Under the pieces are notes generated by a model that was not told the DNA's origin, did not search any database, and saw nothing but the letters and a program-made list of their open reading frames with translations. Positions 56,556 through 64,000 of a stretch of 64,000 nucleotides of DNA are shown here, in pieces (the first letter of the stretch is position 1; every line of letters begins with the position of its first letter). Source of the stretch: Bacillota bacterium (GTDB taxonomy: Bacteria; Bacillota; Sulfobacillia; Fermentithermobacillales; Fermentithermobacillaceae); the NCBI GenBank assembly GCA_050260675.1, contig JBLNCN010000011.1:745197-809196 (forward strand). The letters are read 5' to 3'. Made by a program: the position numbers and the translations under genes.

Positions 56556-56912
56556 CTACTTCTCCGGCGCTATGAGCTCAAGTATGGCCATAGGGGCGCC
56601 GTCGCCGCGCCTCTGGGCGATGTCCAGAATACGGGTGTAGCCGCCGCTCCTGTGAGCGTACCGGGGCGCAATGGTGTCGAACAACTTCTTCACTACATCC
56701 TCTTTCATGATGTAGGCCATAGCCTGGCGCCTGGCGGCGAGAGTGTCCGTCTTGCCCAGCGTGATCATCTTCTCGGAGATGGACTGGGCCTCTTTGGCCT
56801 TGGTCAGGGTTGTCTCAATGCGCTCCCTCTCAAGAAGAGCGGTAACAAGGGAACGCAGTAGAGCGCGCCTCTGCCCCATCGGCCGGTCGAAACGCGAGTG
56901 AGCCAACTTCAT
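56556..56912 (-). CDS. rplQ: 50S ribosomal protein L17
   Basis: [22 protein letters not shown]...[12 protein letters not shown]. Confidence 0.95.
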   Translation of the reverse strand: MKLAHSRFDRPMGQRRALLRSLVTALLERERIETTLTKAKEAQSISEKMITLGKTDTLAARRQAMAYIMKEDVVKKLFDTIAPRYAHRSGGYTRILDIAQRRGDGAPMAILELIAPEK

Positions 56913-56941
56913 TTCCCCCTAGCTTGTGGCAGCCGCCGCCC

Positions 56942-57892
56942 CTACTCTTCCTCGGGGCGGAAAGCCAGTCCCATCTCGGCCAGCTTGTTCTTGACTTCCT
57001 CAAGGGACTTCTTGCCCATGTTGCGCACTTTGGATATTTCCTCTTCGGTCTTCTGGATGAGCTCGCCGACCGTGTTGATGCCGGCGCGCTTCAGGCAGTT
57101 GAACGACCTCATGGAGAGCTCCATTTCCTCGATGGGCATCTCCAGGACCCTTTCGACCTCGGTCTTCTCGCCGGCTTCCTCCTCGCTGGCATCCTCCCTC
57201 ACCCTGGCAGAAAGGTTCTTGAACAGGGCAAAATGCTCGATAAGGATGTCGGCGGCCCTCTCCAGGGCTTCCTCGGGACGGATCGAGCCGTCGGTCCAGA
57301 TCTCCAACGAGAGGCTGTCGTAGTCAGTCCTGTGACCCACTCGAGTGGCGCTCACAGTGTAGTTGACCTTGGTTACGGGAGTGAACTTGGAGTCGATGGC
57401 GATGACGCCGATCGGCTGGTTCACGATCTTGTTGGCCTCAGCGGTCACATAGCCGCGGCCTTCCTCTATCGTAAGCTCCACGGCGAGGCGCCCGCCGGCG
57501 TCCAGGTCGGCGATGTGGACCTCAGGGTTCACGATCTCCACGTCGGGGTCGGCTACGATATCATAGCCGGTCACCTCGCCGGGACCCTCCTTCTCAATGC
57601 GGGCGACTTTGGGCCCGGGGCTGTGAAGCCTTACAACCAGCTGCTTCACATTGAGGAGGATATCGGTGACGTCCTCGCGGACGTCGGGTATGGTCGAGAA
57701 CTCGTGAAGCACTCCTTCGATGTTGAGCCTGGTCACAGCTGCTCCAGGCAACGACGAAAGGAGGACTCTCCTAAGGGAATTGCCTACCGTGACTCCGTAG
57801 CCGCCCTCGAGAGGCTCTACCACGAAGCGGCCGTACTTCCTGTCGGCGGAGATCTCTACGCACTCAACCTTAGGCTCTATGAAATTGAACAC
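56942..57892 (-). CDS. rpoA: DNA-directed RNA polymerase alpha subunit
   Basis: N-terminal dimerisation domain plus alpha-CTD LSMRSFNCLKRAGINTVGELI. Confidence 0.95.
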   Translation of the reverse strand: MFNFIEPKVECVEISADRKYGRFVVEPLEGGYGVTVGNSLRRVLLSSLPGAAVTRLNIEGVLHEFSTIPDVREDVTDILLNVKQLVVRLHSPGPKVARIEKEGPGEVTGYDIVADPDVEIVNPEVHIADLDAGGRLAVELTIEEGRGYVTAEANKIVNQPIGVIAIDSKFTPVTKVNYTVSATRVGHRTDYDSLSLEIWTDGSIRPEEALERAADILIEHFALFKNLSARVREDASEEEAGEKTEVERVLEMPIEEMELSMRSFNCLKRAGINTVGELIQKTEEEISKVRNMGKKSLEEVKNKLAEMGLAFRPEEE

Positions 57893-57932
57893 TATCTATT
57901 GGCCCCCTTCAGTGTCGCTAATTAGGGGTTCT

Positions 57933-58553
57933 CTACTTGGAGTACAGCTCGACGATGAGTCTCTCGTCGACCGGAGCGTCCACTTCGTCCCTCTCAGGCA
58001 AGCGGACGATGGTGACCTTCCAGTTCTCCGCGTCCAAAGCCATCCACTGAGGCACGTTGTGCCCTGCGAGCCCGTCGGCTATAGCCTTGAAGTAGTCAAG
58101 CTTGAGGTGGCTCGGGCGGATCTTGATCTCATCGCCCGGGCTTACCAGGAATGACGGGATATCGACCTTGCGGCCGTTGACCTCAACGTGACCATGGGTA
58201 ACGATCTGCCTCGCCTGCTTCCGGGAATGGGCGAAGCCAGCCCGGTAGACAATATTATCGAGCCTCCGCTCCAGGAGGATCATGAGGGTCTGGCCGGTGA
58301 CGCCGCGGGTTCTTACCGCCCTGGCGAAGTAGTTGCGGAACTGCCTCTCGCCGACGCCGTAGAACCTCTTTGCCTTCTGCTTCTCGCGGAGCTGGAGACC
58401 ATACTCGCTGGGCCTTCTCTGCCTTCCGTGCTGCCCGGGCGGAGTTGCTCTCTTCTCAAGGGTGCACTTGGTGAAGCACTTGTCGCCCTTGAGGTACATC
58501 TTCTGACTCTCGCGCCTGCACAACCTGCATGACGCATCGGTGTACCTAGACAT
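57933..58553 (-). CDS. rpsD: 30S ribosomal protein S4
   Basis: MSRYTDASCRLCRRE (zinc ribbon), S4 domain. Confidence 0.95.
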   Translation of the reverse strand: MSRYTDASCRLCRRESQKMYLKGDKCFTKCTLEKRATPPGQHGRQRRPSEYGLQLREKQKAKRFYGVGERQFRNYFARAVRTRGVTGQTLMILLERRLDNIVYRAGFAHSRKQARQIVTHGHVEVNGRKVDIPSFLVSPGDEIKIRPSHLKLDYFKAIADGLAGHNVPQWMALDAENWKVTIVRLPERDEVDAPVDERLIVELYSK

Positions 58554-58565
58554 TGTCTGCCTCCC

Positions 58566-58955
58566 TTATACGCGACGCCGCTTGGGCGGACGACATCCGT
58601 TGTGCGGCACAGGGGTTGTGTCCTTGATCATGGTAACCTCAAGGCCGGCCGCCTGCAGCGCGCGGATGGCCGCTTCCCTTCCGGACCCGGGACCCTTGAC
58701 CATGACCTCGACCTCACGCATACCCTGGTCGATAGCGGTCTTTGCCGCAGTCTCGGCGGCCAGCTGGGCCGCGAACGGGGTTGATTTGCGAGATCCTTTG
58801 AAGCCCTGCTTTCCGGCGGTGGACCACGAGATTACGCCGCCGGTCGCGTCGCTAATCGAGACTATGGTGTTGTTGAACGTCGACTTTATATGAGCGACGC
58901 CCTTCTCGACGACGCGTCGTTCTCTTCTCTTGGTACGTTCTCTCTTCTTAGCCAA
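58566..58955 (-). CDS. rpsK: 30S ribosomal protein S11
   Basis: [16 protein letters not shown]..., S11 signature. Confidence 0.95.
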   Translation of the reverse strand: MAKKRERTKRRERRVVEKGVAHIKSTFNNTIVSISDATGGVISWSTAGKQGFKGSRKSTPFAAQLAAETAAKTAIDQGMREVEVMVKGPGSGREAAIRALQAAGLEVTMIKDTTPVPHNGCRPPKRRRV

Positions 58956-58970
58956 GAACTAAACGCCCCC

Positions 58971-59345
58971 TTACTTCGCCTTGCGCCTGACGCCCACGGT
59001 CCGCTTGGGACCCTTGCGGGTTCGAGCGTTGGTCTGAGTCCTCTGGCCTCTGACCGGCAGCCCTCTCCTGTGACGGAGACCCCTGTAAGTCCCCAGATCA
59101 ATGAGCCTCTTGATGTTGAGCTGGACTTCCGACCGGAGATCTCCCTCGATCTTGTAGTTCTTATCAATAAACTCCCTTATCTTGGAGATCTCTTCCTCAG
59201 TCAGATCCCTCACCCTGGTGTTGGGGCTGATGCCCGTGGCCTTCAGGATATCCCCGGCCCTGGTGGGACCGATCCCGTAGATGTAAGGGAGAGCGGCCTC
59301 GATTCTCTTGTCCCTGGGTAGATCAACACCTGCTATACGAGCCAT
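58971..59345 (-). CDS. rpsM: 30S ribosomal protein S13
   Basis: [26 protein letters not shown]. Confidence 0.95.
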   Translation of the reverse strand: MARIAGVDLPRDKRIEAALPYIYGIGPTRAGDILKATGISPNTRVRDLTEEEISKIREFIDKNYKIEGDLRSEVQLNIKRLIDLGTYRGLRHRRGLPVRGQRTQTNARTRKGPKRTVGVRRKAK

Positions 59346-59360
59346 TCCTTCACCCCCGCC

Positions 59361-59474
59361 TTATCCCTGCTTCTGCTTGTGCTTCGGATTCTGGCACAGC
59401 ACCATGACCCTGCCGTGCCGCCTGATGATCCTGCACTTCTCGCATATCTTCTTGACTGAAGGCCGTACCTTCAC
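59361..59474 (-). CDS. rpmJ: 50S ribosomal protein L36 (GTG start)
   Basis: Manual translation gives (M)[36 protein letters not shown]. It is too short for the ORF track. Confidence 0.85.
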   Translation of the reverse strand: MKVRPSVKKICEKCRIIRRHGRVMVLCQNPKHKQKQG

Positions 59475-59493
59475 CGGAAACCCTCCTTGCCTT

Positions 59494-59712
59494 CTACCGT
59501 AGACGCCGGACTATTCTGCCGCGGGAGAGGTCATAAGGAGAGAGTTCAAGAAGAACCCTGTCCCCGGGCAGGATCTTGATGAAGTTGATTCGCATCCTCC
59601 CGGAGATGTGGGCGAGGACCTTGTGCCCTCCCTCGATCTCCACCCGAAACATTGCATTGGGAAGCGGCTCGACAACCCTGCCCTCAACCTCAATGCTGTC
59701 TTGCTTCGGCAT
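59494..59712 (-). CDS. infA: Translation initiation factor IF-1
   Basis: [41 protein letters not shown]; start trimmed to Met 59712. Confidence 0.9.
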   Translation of the reverse strand: MPKQDSIEVEGRVVEPLPNAMFRVEIEGGHKVLAHISGRMRINFIKILPGDRVLLELSPYDLSRGRIVRRLR

Positions 59713-59760
59713 CGTATTCCCCCTCATACACCTAACAAAGTCTCTCCAACGGTTGGCAAC

Positions 59761-60504
59761 TTATACCAACGTGAGGGGCCTGGGCCCCGTCGCGGTCACC
59801 GCCACCGTGTGCTCGAAGTGGGCCGAGAGCGACCCGTCCTTGGTAACAACCCGCAGGTTCGGGTACGAGATGACCTCGTGGCCGCCTACGTTGACCATCG
59901 GCTCAATCGCGATGACCATGCCCCGGCGAAGCACAGGGCCGGTCCCCTTGGCCCCAAAGTTGGGGACGTTGGGGTCCTCGTGCATCCTGCGGCCAACGCC
60001 GTGGCCGGCGTACTCTGTGACCACCGAGAACCCGGCCTTCCTGACCACGCTCTCGACTGCCGCCCCGATGTCTCCCAGGTGATTGCCGGGGACCGCCGCA
60101 GCGATCCCGGCATAGAGCGACTCCCTGGTCGTGTCTATGAGCAATCTCGCCGTCGCCGAGACCTTGCCCACGGGGAACGTTGCCGCGGTATCTCCCACGA
60201 ACCCCTCGAGCGTAGCGCCGACGTCGATCGAGATTATGTCGCCCTCCAGAAGCGGCCTATCGTCCGGAATGCCATGGACGACGACATCGTTCCTGGAAGC
60301 GCAAATGCTTGCGGGAAACCCCATGTAACCCTTGAACGTGGGGATAGCCCCGCACTTACGGATGAACTCCTCGGCGATGGCGTCCAGTTCCCTGGTGGTT
60401 ATGCCGGGCCTAACCATGCTGCCCAGCATAGCCAGGCAATTGCCTGCTACCTGCCCCGCCTTGGCCATAAGCTCTATTTCATTGTCAGTCTTCAAAACTA
60501 TCAT
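59761..60504 (-). CDS. map: Methionine aminopeptidase type I
   Basis: VVHGIPDDRPLLEGDIISIDVGA ... HGVGRRMHEDP. Confidence 0.9.
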   Translation of the reverse strand: MIVLKTDNEIELMAKAGQVAGNCLAMLGSMVRPGITTRELDAIAEEFIRKCGAIPTFKGYMGFPASICASRNDVVVHGIPDDRPLLEGDIISIDVGATLEGFVGDTAATFPVGKVSATARLLIDTTRESLYAGIAAAVPGNHLGDIGAAVESVVRKAGFSVVTEYAGHGVGRRMHEDPNVPNFGAKGTGPVLRRGMVIAIEPMVNVGGHEVISYPNLRVVTKDGSLSAHFEHTVAVTATGPRPLTLV

Positions 60505-60514
60505 TGGATCACTT

Positions 60515-61180
60515 TCACTTCACAAGATTGCGGGCTGCCAGCTCACCCTCGATACGCATCGCCACATCTTGAACATCGCCCTCGCCATCAACAGCGACCA
60601 CAAGCCCCTCTTGCCCGTAGTAGTCCTCGAGAGGCTGTGTTAGCCGATGGTACACCGAGAGCCGGTCCCTCACGGTCTCTTCCCGATCGTCCTTGCGGAT
60701 CACAAGCTCGCCGCCGCAGTCGTCACAGACGCCGCTTATCCTGGGAGGTTGCACCGCGAGGCTGTAAGGCCTGCCGCAAGCGCTGCAAACCCGTCTGGTC
60801 CTGGCGCGTTCCAGGATCTTCTCCTCGGGGACAACCAGGTTCAGCACCAGGTCCAGTTTCCTCCCCGATGCCGCCAGCATCTTGTCGAGCGCCTCGGCCT
60901 GTGCGAGGTTTCGCGGAAAGCCGTCCAGTACGAACCCGGTGGCCTCCGCCTCACTCATGGCCTTCTCGATGATGCGGAGCGTAGTGGCATCGTCGACGAG
61001 ATCGCCTCTGGCGAGGATCCCCTCGACCAGGAGCCCCAGTTCGGTTTTGTTCCTTATCTCCCGCCTGAAGATGTCGCCGGGAGCAATGTGGCTAAGGCCG
61101 TGCTTCTCAGCCAGAAGCTTAGCCTGAGTCCCTTTGCCCGATCCCGGAGCTCCCAGAAACAAAAGATGCAAGAACGCCAC
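60515..61180 (-). CDS. adk: Adenylate kinase (with Zn-ribbon lid CxxC..CDDC)
   Basis: GAPGSGKGTQA, lid RRVCSACGR..CDDCGGEL. Confidence 0.95.
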   Translation of the reverse strand: MAFLHLLFLGAPGSGKGTQAKLLAEKHGLSHIAPGDIFRREIRNKTELGLLVEGILARGDLVDDATTLRIIEKAMSEAEATGFVLDGFPRNLAQAEALDKMLAASGRKLDLVLNLVVPEEKILERARTRRVCSACGRPYSLAVQPPRISGVCDDCGGELVIRKDDREETVRDRLSVYHRLTQPLEDYYGQEGLVVAVDGEGDVQDVAMRIEGELAARNLVK

Positions 61181-61184
61181 CGCC

Positions 61185-62450
61185 CTATCTCATGAATCCT
61201 TGATAGTTCCTCATAACCAGCTGCGCCTCGATCTGCTTCATGGTCTCTGTCGCGACGCCGATCACGATCAAAAGCGCAGTGCCCCCCAGGGCGTGGAACC
61301 CGGGGAGTTTGGTTATCTGGATCACGAAGTTCGGCAGGACCGCGATTGCGGCCAGGAACAGAGCGCCGACCGCCGTGATCCTGGTAACTATCCTTGAAAG
61401 CGTATCAGACGTCGGCTTGCCAGGCCGGATGCCGGGGACAAAGCCGCCGTACTTTCTCATGTTGTCCGCGACCTCCAACGGATTGAAGACCATCGCGGTA
61501 TAGAAGAACGTAAACCCGAAAATGAGCAGGGCATACATGGCAGTATACCACGGCTGGCTGGCATCGAACAGCTGTCCCAGCTTTGCCGCCCAAGGCTTGT
61601 CGGAGGCGAATGCCGCTATGGTTGTCGGGAAGGACAGAAGCGACTGCGCGAAGATCACCGGGATCACGCCCGCCTGGTTGATGCGGATCGGGATGTTGGT
61701 GGCGTAGCCGCCCATCATCTTGCGACCGACAACCCGCTTGGAGTACTGGACCGGTATCCTGCGCTCGCCTTCCGTCACCCATATCACCAGAAGGATAGTG
61801 ACAAGGGAAATGACCAGGACCCCGGCCACGTTGTACCACTTGGTGAGTCCTAGCTGCACGGAAGCAACCATCTGCCCGATTTCCCTGGGCATCCCGACTA
61901 TGATGCCGGCGAAGATGAACAGCGAGATACCGTTGCCGATACCTTTCTCGGTGATGATCTCGCCCAACCACATCAGGAAAGCGGTGCCCGCCGTGAGGGT
62001 CAGCATGATCTCCACGACCAGGAACCACGATTGGGAGACAAGAGCTCCACGGGCCCTGATAGCCGCCGTCATTCCAAAAGCCTCGATTAGGCCGAAGATG
62101 ATGGTGCCATACCGGGTGTAGCCCTGGAGTTTCTTACGACCGTCCTCTTCTTTGGACATCTCTTCCCACTTGGGGATGACCATCTGCAAGAGCTGCATGA
62201 TGATCGAGCTGTTGATGTAAGGATAGATGCTCATTGCGAAGACAGAGTACGAAGAGAGCGCGCCGCCTGAGAAGAGATCCATGAAGGCAAAGAGCGTGCC
62301 TTCCGAGAACATCTCGGAGATAACCTCGGGCAGGACTCCGGGCACCGGCACTGCCACTCCAGCCCTGAAGACTATGAGCAAGCCCACGGTAATCAGGATT
62401 CTCTTCCTGAGCTCCGGGACGTGCCATGCGTTCCTCAAGGTAGCGATCAT
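61185..62450 (-). CDS. secY: Preprotein translocase subunit SecY
   Basis: 10-TM protein, GALSSYSVFAMSIYPYINSSIIMQLL. Confidence 0.95.
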   Translation of the reverse strand: MIATLRNAWHVPELRKRILITVGLLIVFRAGVAVPVPGVLPEVISEMFSEGTLFAFMDLFSGGALSSYSVFAMSIYPYINSSIIMQLLQMVIPKWEEMSKEEDGRKKLQGYTRYGTIIFGLIEAFGMTAAIRARGALVSQSWFLVVEIMLTLTAGTAFLMWLGEIITEKGIGNGISLFIFAGIIVGMPREIGQMVASVQLGLTKWYNVAGVLVISLVTILLVIWVTEGERRIPVQYSKRVVGRKMMGGYATNIPIRINQAGVIPVIFAQSLLSFPTTIAAFASDKPWAAKLGQLFDASQPWYTAMYALLIFGFTFFYTAMVFNPLEVADNMRKYGGFVPGIRPGKPTSDTLSRIVTRITAVGALFLAAIAVLPNFVIQITKLPGFHALGGTALLIVIGVATETMKQIEAQLVMRNYQGFMR

Positions 62451-62891
62451 CTATATCACCTCGGCCTTGCCGCCGGCGGCCTCTATTTTCTCCTTTGCCG
62501 TCTTGGAGAAGGCATGCGCCCTGACGGTAAGGGCCTTCTCCACATCTCCGTCTCCCAGGACCTTTACCAGCTCGGCATTCTTGCGCACCATTCCTGCCGC
62601 CTGAAGCTGCTCAGGCCCGACTTCGCTACCCGCGTCAAACGCGCCTAGATCGGAAACATTGACCAACGCGTAGAGGGTCCCGAAGTTGTTGTGGAAGCCC
62701 CGCTTGGGGAGCCTCATGGTCAGCCGCATCTGGCCTCCCTCGAAACCCGGTCCCTTGGAACCTCCGGACCTGGCCTTCTGGCCCTTGTGGCCGCGTCCGG
62801 CGGTCTTGCCGTTTCCGGACCCGATACCCTGGCCCTTCCTCTTGGCCTTCTTGACTGAACCCGGTGTAACGGGCAAGTTATGCAATTCCAT
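62451..62891 (-). CDS. rplO: 50S ribosomal protein L15
   Basis: [41 protein letters not shown]; start trimmed to Met 62891. Confidence 0.9.
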   Translation of the reverse strand: MELHNLPVTPGSVKKAKRKGQGIGSGNGKTAGRGHKGQKARSGGSKGPGFEGGQMRLTMRLPKRGFHNNFGTLYALVNVSDLGAFDAGSEVGPEQLQAAGMVRKNAELVKVLGDGDVEKALTVRAHAFSKTAKEKIEAAGGKAEVI

Positions 62892-63483
62892 CGGGTGAGA
62901 CCTCTCTCTCCTGAGCCTCCTTGGGCTTCTGCGTTTTGCCCCGGAGTGCCGCCACTTCCTGAGCGCTGCGAAGTTCCTTGAGCGCCGCAATGGTGGCATA
63001 AACTACGTTGTAAGGATTGGCCGAACCCAGCGACTTCGCCAGGATGTCCTGTATGCCGGCAAGCTCCATGAGCGGCCTGACGCCGCGGCCGGCGATGACG
63101 CCTGTTCCGGGCGAGGCAGGACGGAGCATTACCATGCCCGCTCCAAACCGGCCGAGGACCTCGTGGGGGATGGTGTTGTCGTGCCTGGGCACGTCGATAA
63201 GGTTCTTCTTGGCGTCATCGATGCCTTTGCGAATGGCATCGGTGAGGTCAAGGGCCTTACCGAGACCGGCTCCGACCTTGCCGTTTCCGTTGCCCACAAC
63301 CACCAGCGCGCGGAAGCTGCGCCTGCGTCCGCCCTTGACGGTCTTCGAGACCGGTCCAACGCTGACTACTTCGTCCTTGAATTCGTCCTGAGGCTGGGCT
63401 GGACCCTCTCGCCTTTCGGTCCTGGGTCCTCTGCCGTCCCGGCCCCTGTCTCTTCTCGGCTCTACCACGAAATCACCCCGCAT
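62878..63483 (-). CDS. rpsE: 30S ribosomal protein S5 (long basic N-terminal extension and C-terminal tail)
   Basis: [33 protein letters not shown], the S5 core. Confidence 0.9.
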   Translation of the reverse strand: MRGDFVVEPRRDRGRDGRGPRTERREGPAQPQDEFKDEVVSVGPVSKTVKGGRRRSFRALVVVGNGNGKVGAGLGKALDLTDAIRKGIDDAKKNLIDVPRHDNTIPHEVLGRFGAGMVMLRPASPGTGVIAGRGVRPLMELAGIQDILAKSLGSANPYNVVYATIAALKELRSAQEVAALRGKTQKPKEAQEREVSPDGIA

Positions 63484-63484
63484 T

Positions 63485-63844
63485 TTAGAAATCCAGCCCG
63501 CCCTCTCTGGCGGCGTCAGCCAACGCCTTCACGCGTCCGTGATAGAGGTAGCCGCCTCGGTCGAACACCACTTTTTTGACTCCCTGCTCCAATGCTCTTG
63601 CCGCGACGAGCTTGCCTACTTGGACGGCAGCCGCGATATTCCCCCCGGTCTTCCCGTCTTTCTTGAAATCAGGTTCCGCGGTGGACGCGGAAACCAGCGT
63701 ACGCATTCCCGTATCGTCAATGACCTGCGCGTAGATGTGCTTCAGGCTGCGGAATACGCACAACCTGGGACGCTCCGGCGTACCGGAGACGGTCTTCCTG
63801 ACACGGAGGTGGCGCGTCTGTCTCTTTTCCTGCTTAGCTTTCAT
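63485..63844 (-). CDS. rplR: 50S ribosomal protein L18
   Basis: [31 protein letters not shown]. Confidence 0.95.
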   Translation of the reverse strand: MKAKQEKRQTRHLRVRKTVSGTPERPRLCVFRSLKHIYAQVIDDTGMRTLVSASTAEPDFKKDGKTGGNIAAAVQVGKLVAARALEQGVKKVVFDRGGYLYHGRVKALADAAREGGLDF

Positions 63845-63877
63845 AGAAGGTCAATCCTCCCTAAAGCGTGCCCGCCG

Positions 63878-64000
63878 TTACTTGGCGGCCTTGGCAACCT
63901 TGCGCCTGATCTTCTCGCCCTGGTACTTCACGCCGGAACCCTGGTAGGGCTCGGGCGGGCGGAGCCTTCTGATCTCCGCGCAGAGCTGCCCCACGACTTC
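63878..64000 (-). CDS. rplF: 50S ribosomal protein L6, C-terminal 40 aa (N-terminus beyond right edge)
   Basis: Manual translation gives ...[30 protein letters not shown]. Confidence 0.8.
   Translation of the reverse strand, partial: EVVGQLCAEIRRLRPPEPYQGSGVKYQGEKIRRKVAKAAK

Noticed and set aside
56924-57925. 333-aa plus-strand ORF
   Set aside because: Antisense to rpoA.
59608-60972. 454-aa plus-strand ORF
   Set aside because: Antisense to map and adk. Pro/Arg-rich.
62451-62999. 182-aa version of L15 with an Arg-rich N-terminus
   Set aside because: The extension overlaps the S5 C-terminus in another frame. The canonical L15 start MELHNLPV is at 62891.

Overview
This 64 kb window is high-GC bacterial chromosome, almost entirely minus-strand coding, with Firmicute/Clostridia-like gene order. 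From left to right it contains the following. (1) 1..1614 (-): N-terminal part of a MalT/LuxR-type STAND regulator. It runs off the window edge, so it is absent from the ORF track; I translated it by hand. (2) 1832..3667 (+): a CTP-dependent polyprenol kinase-family membrane protein, a CDF-like membrane protein and a frameshifted PhnB/VOC pseudogene. (3) About 3.7-12.8 kb: a visibly lower-GC island carrying a compact 4-gene BREX-like module (BrxC/PglY-like P-loop ATPase, DPPF N6-adenine methyltransferase, PglZ, small overlapping protein). (4) 12993..14240 (-): a DUF4015-like membrane glycoside hydrolase. (5) 14523..20981 (-): chemotaxis operon cheW-cheA-cheC-cheD-cheY-cheB-cheR-cheX. (6) 21050..29139: M20 amidohydrolase, GH18 spore-type hydrolase, class A beta-lactamase-like protein, M19 dipeptidase, ferredoxin, FMN-binding lipoprotein, NYN protein and tRNA-Arg(CCG). 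(7) 29165..45819 (-): about 16.7 kb of tightly packed minus-strand genes. The oxidative ornithine Stickland pathway (ord, ortA, ortB, oraS, oraE, GlmL-like reactivase, racemase) runs straight into a fused MEMO1-AMMECR1 protein plus its radical SAM partner (the AmmeMemoRadiSam system). This continues with ornithine carbamoyltransferase, two paralogous cDPG-synthetase-like P-loop proteins flanking a processive GT2 glycosyltransferase with a large insertion, and a UPF0016 protein. (8) About 45840..46398: a divergent intergenic region holding two spacer-less tandem repeat arrays (31 bp x about 6.5; 14 bp x about 5.5). (9) 46399..64000: GNAT-HhH fusion and cwlD, then rpsI-rplM, a PaaK-like ligase and a second MalT-like regulator inserted before truA-ecfT-ecfA2-ecfA1-rplQ-rpoA-rpsD-rpsK-rpsM-rpmJ-infA-map-adk-secY-rplO-rpsE-rplR-rplF (rpmD absent). 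The most interesting candidates are the atypical BREX-like island and the ornithine/AmmeMemoRadiSam/cDPGS-like/GT2 super-operon. All protein calls rest on motif recognition in the supplied translations; no database search was possible. Many track ORFs carry spurious GC-rich N-terminal extensions, and I trimmed these by locating RBS+start pairs.
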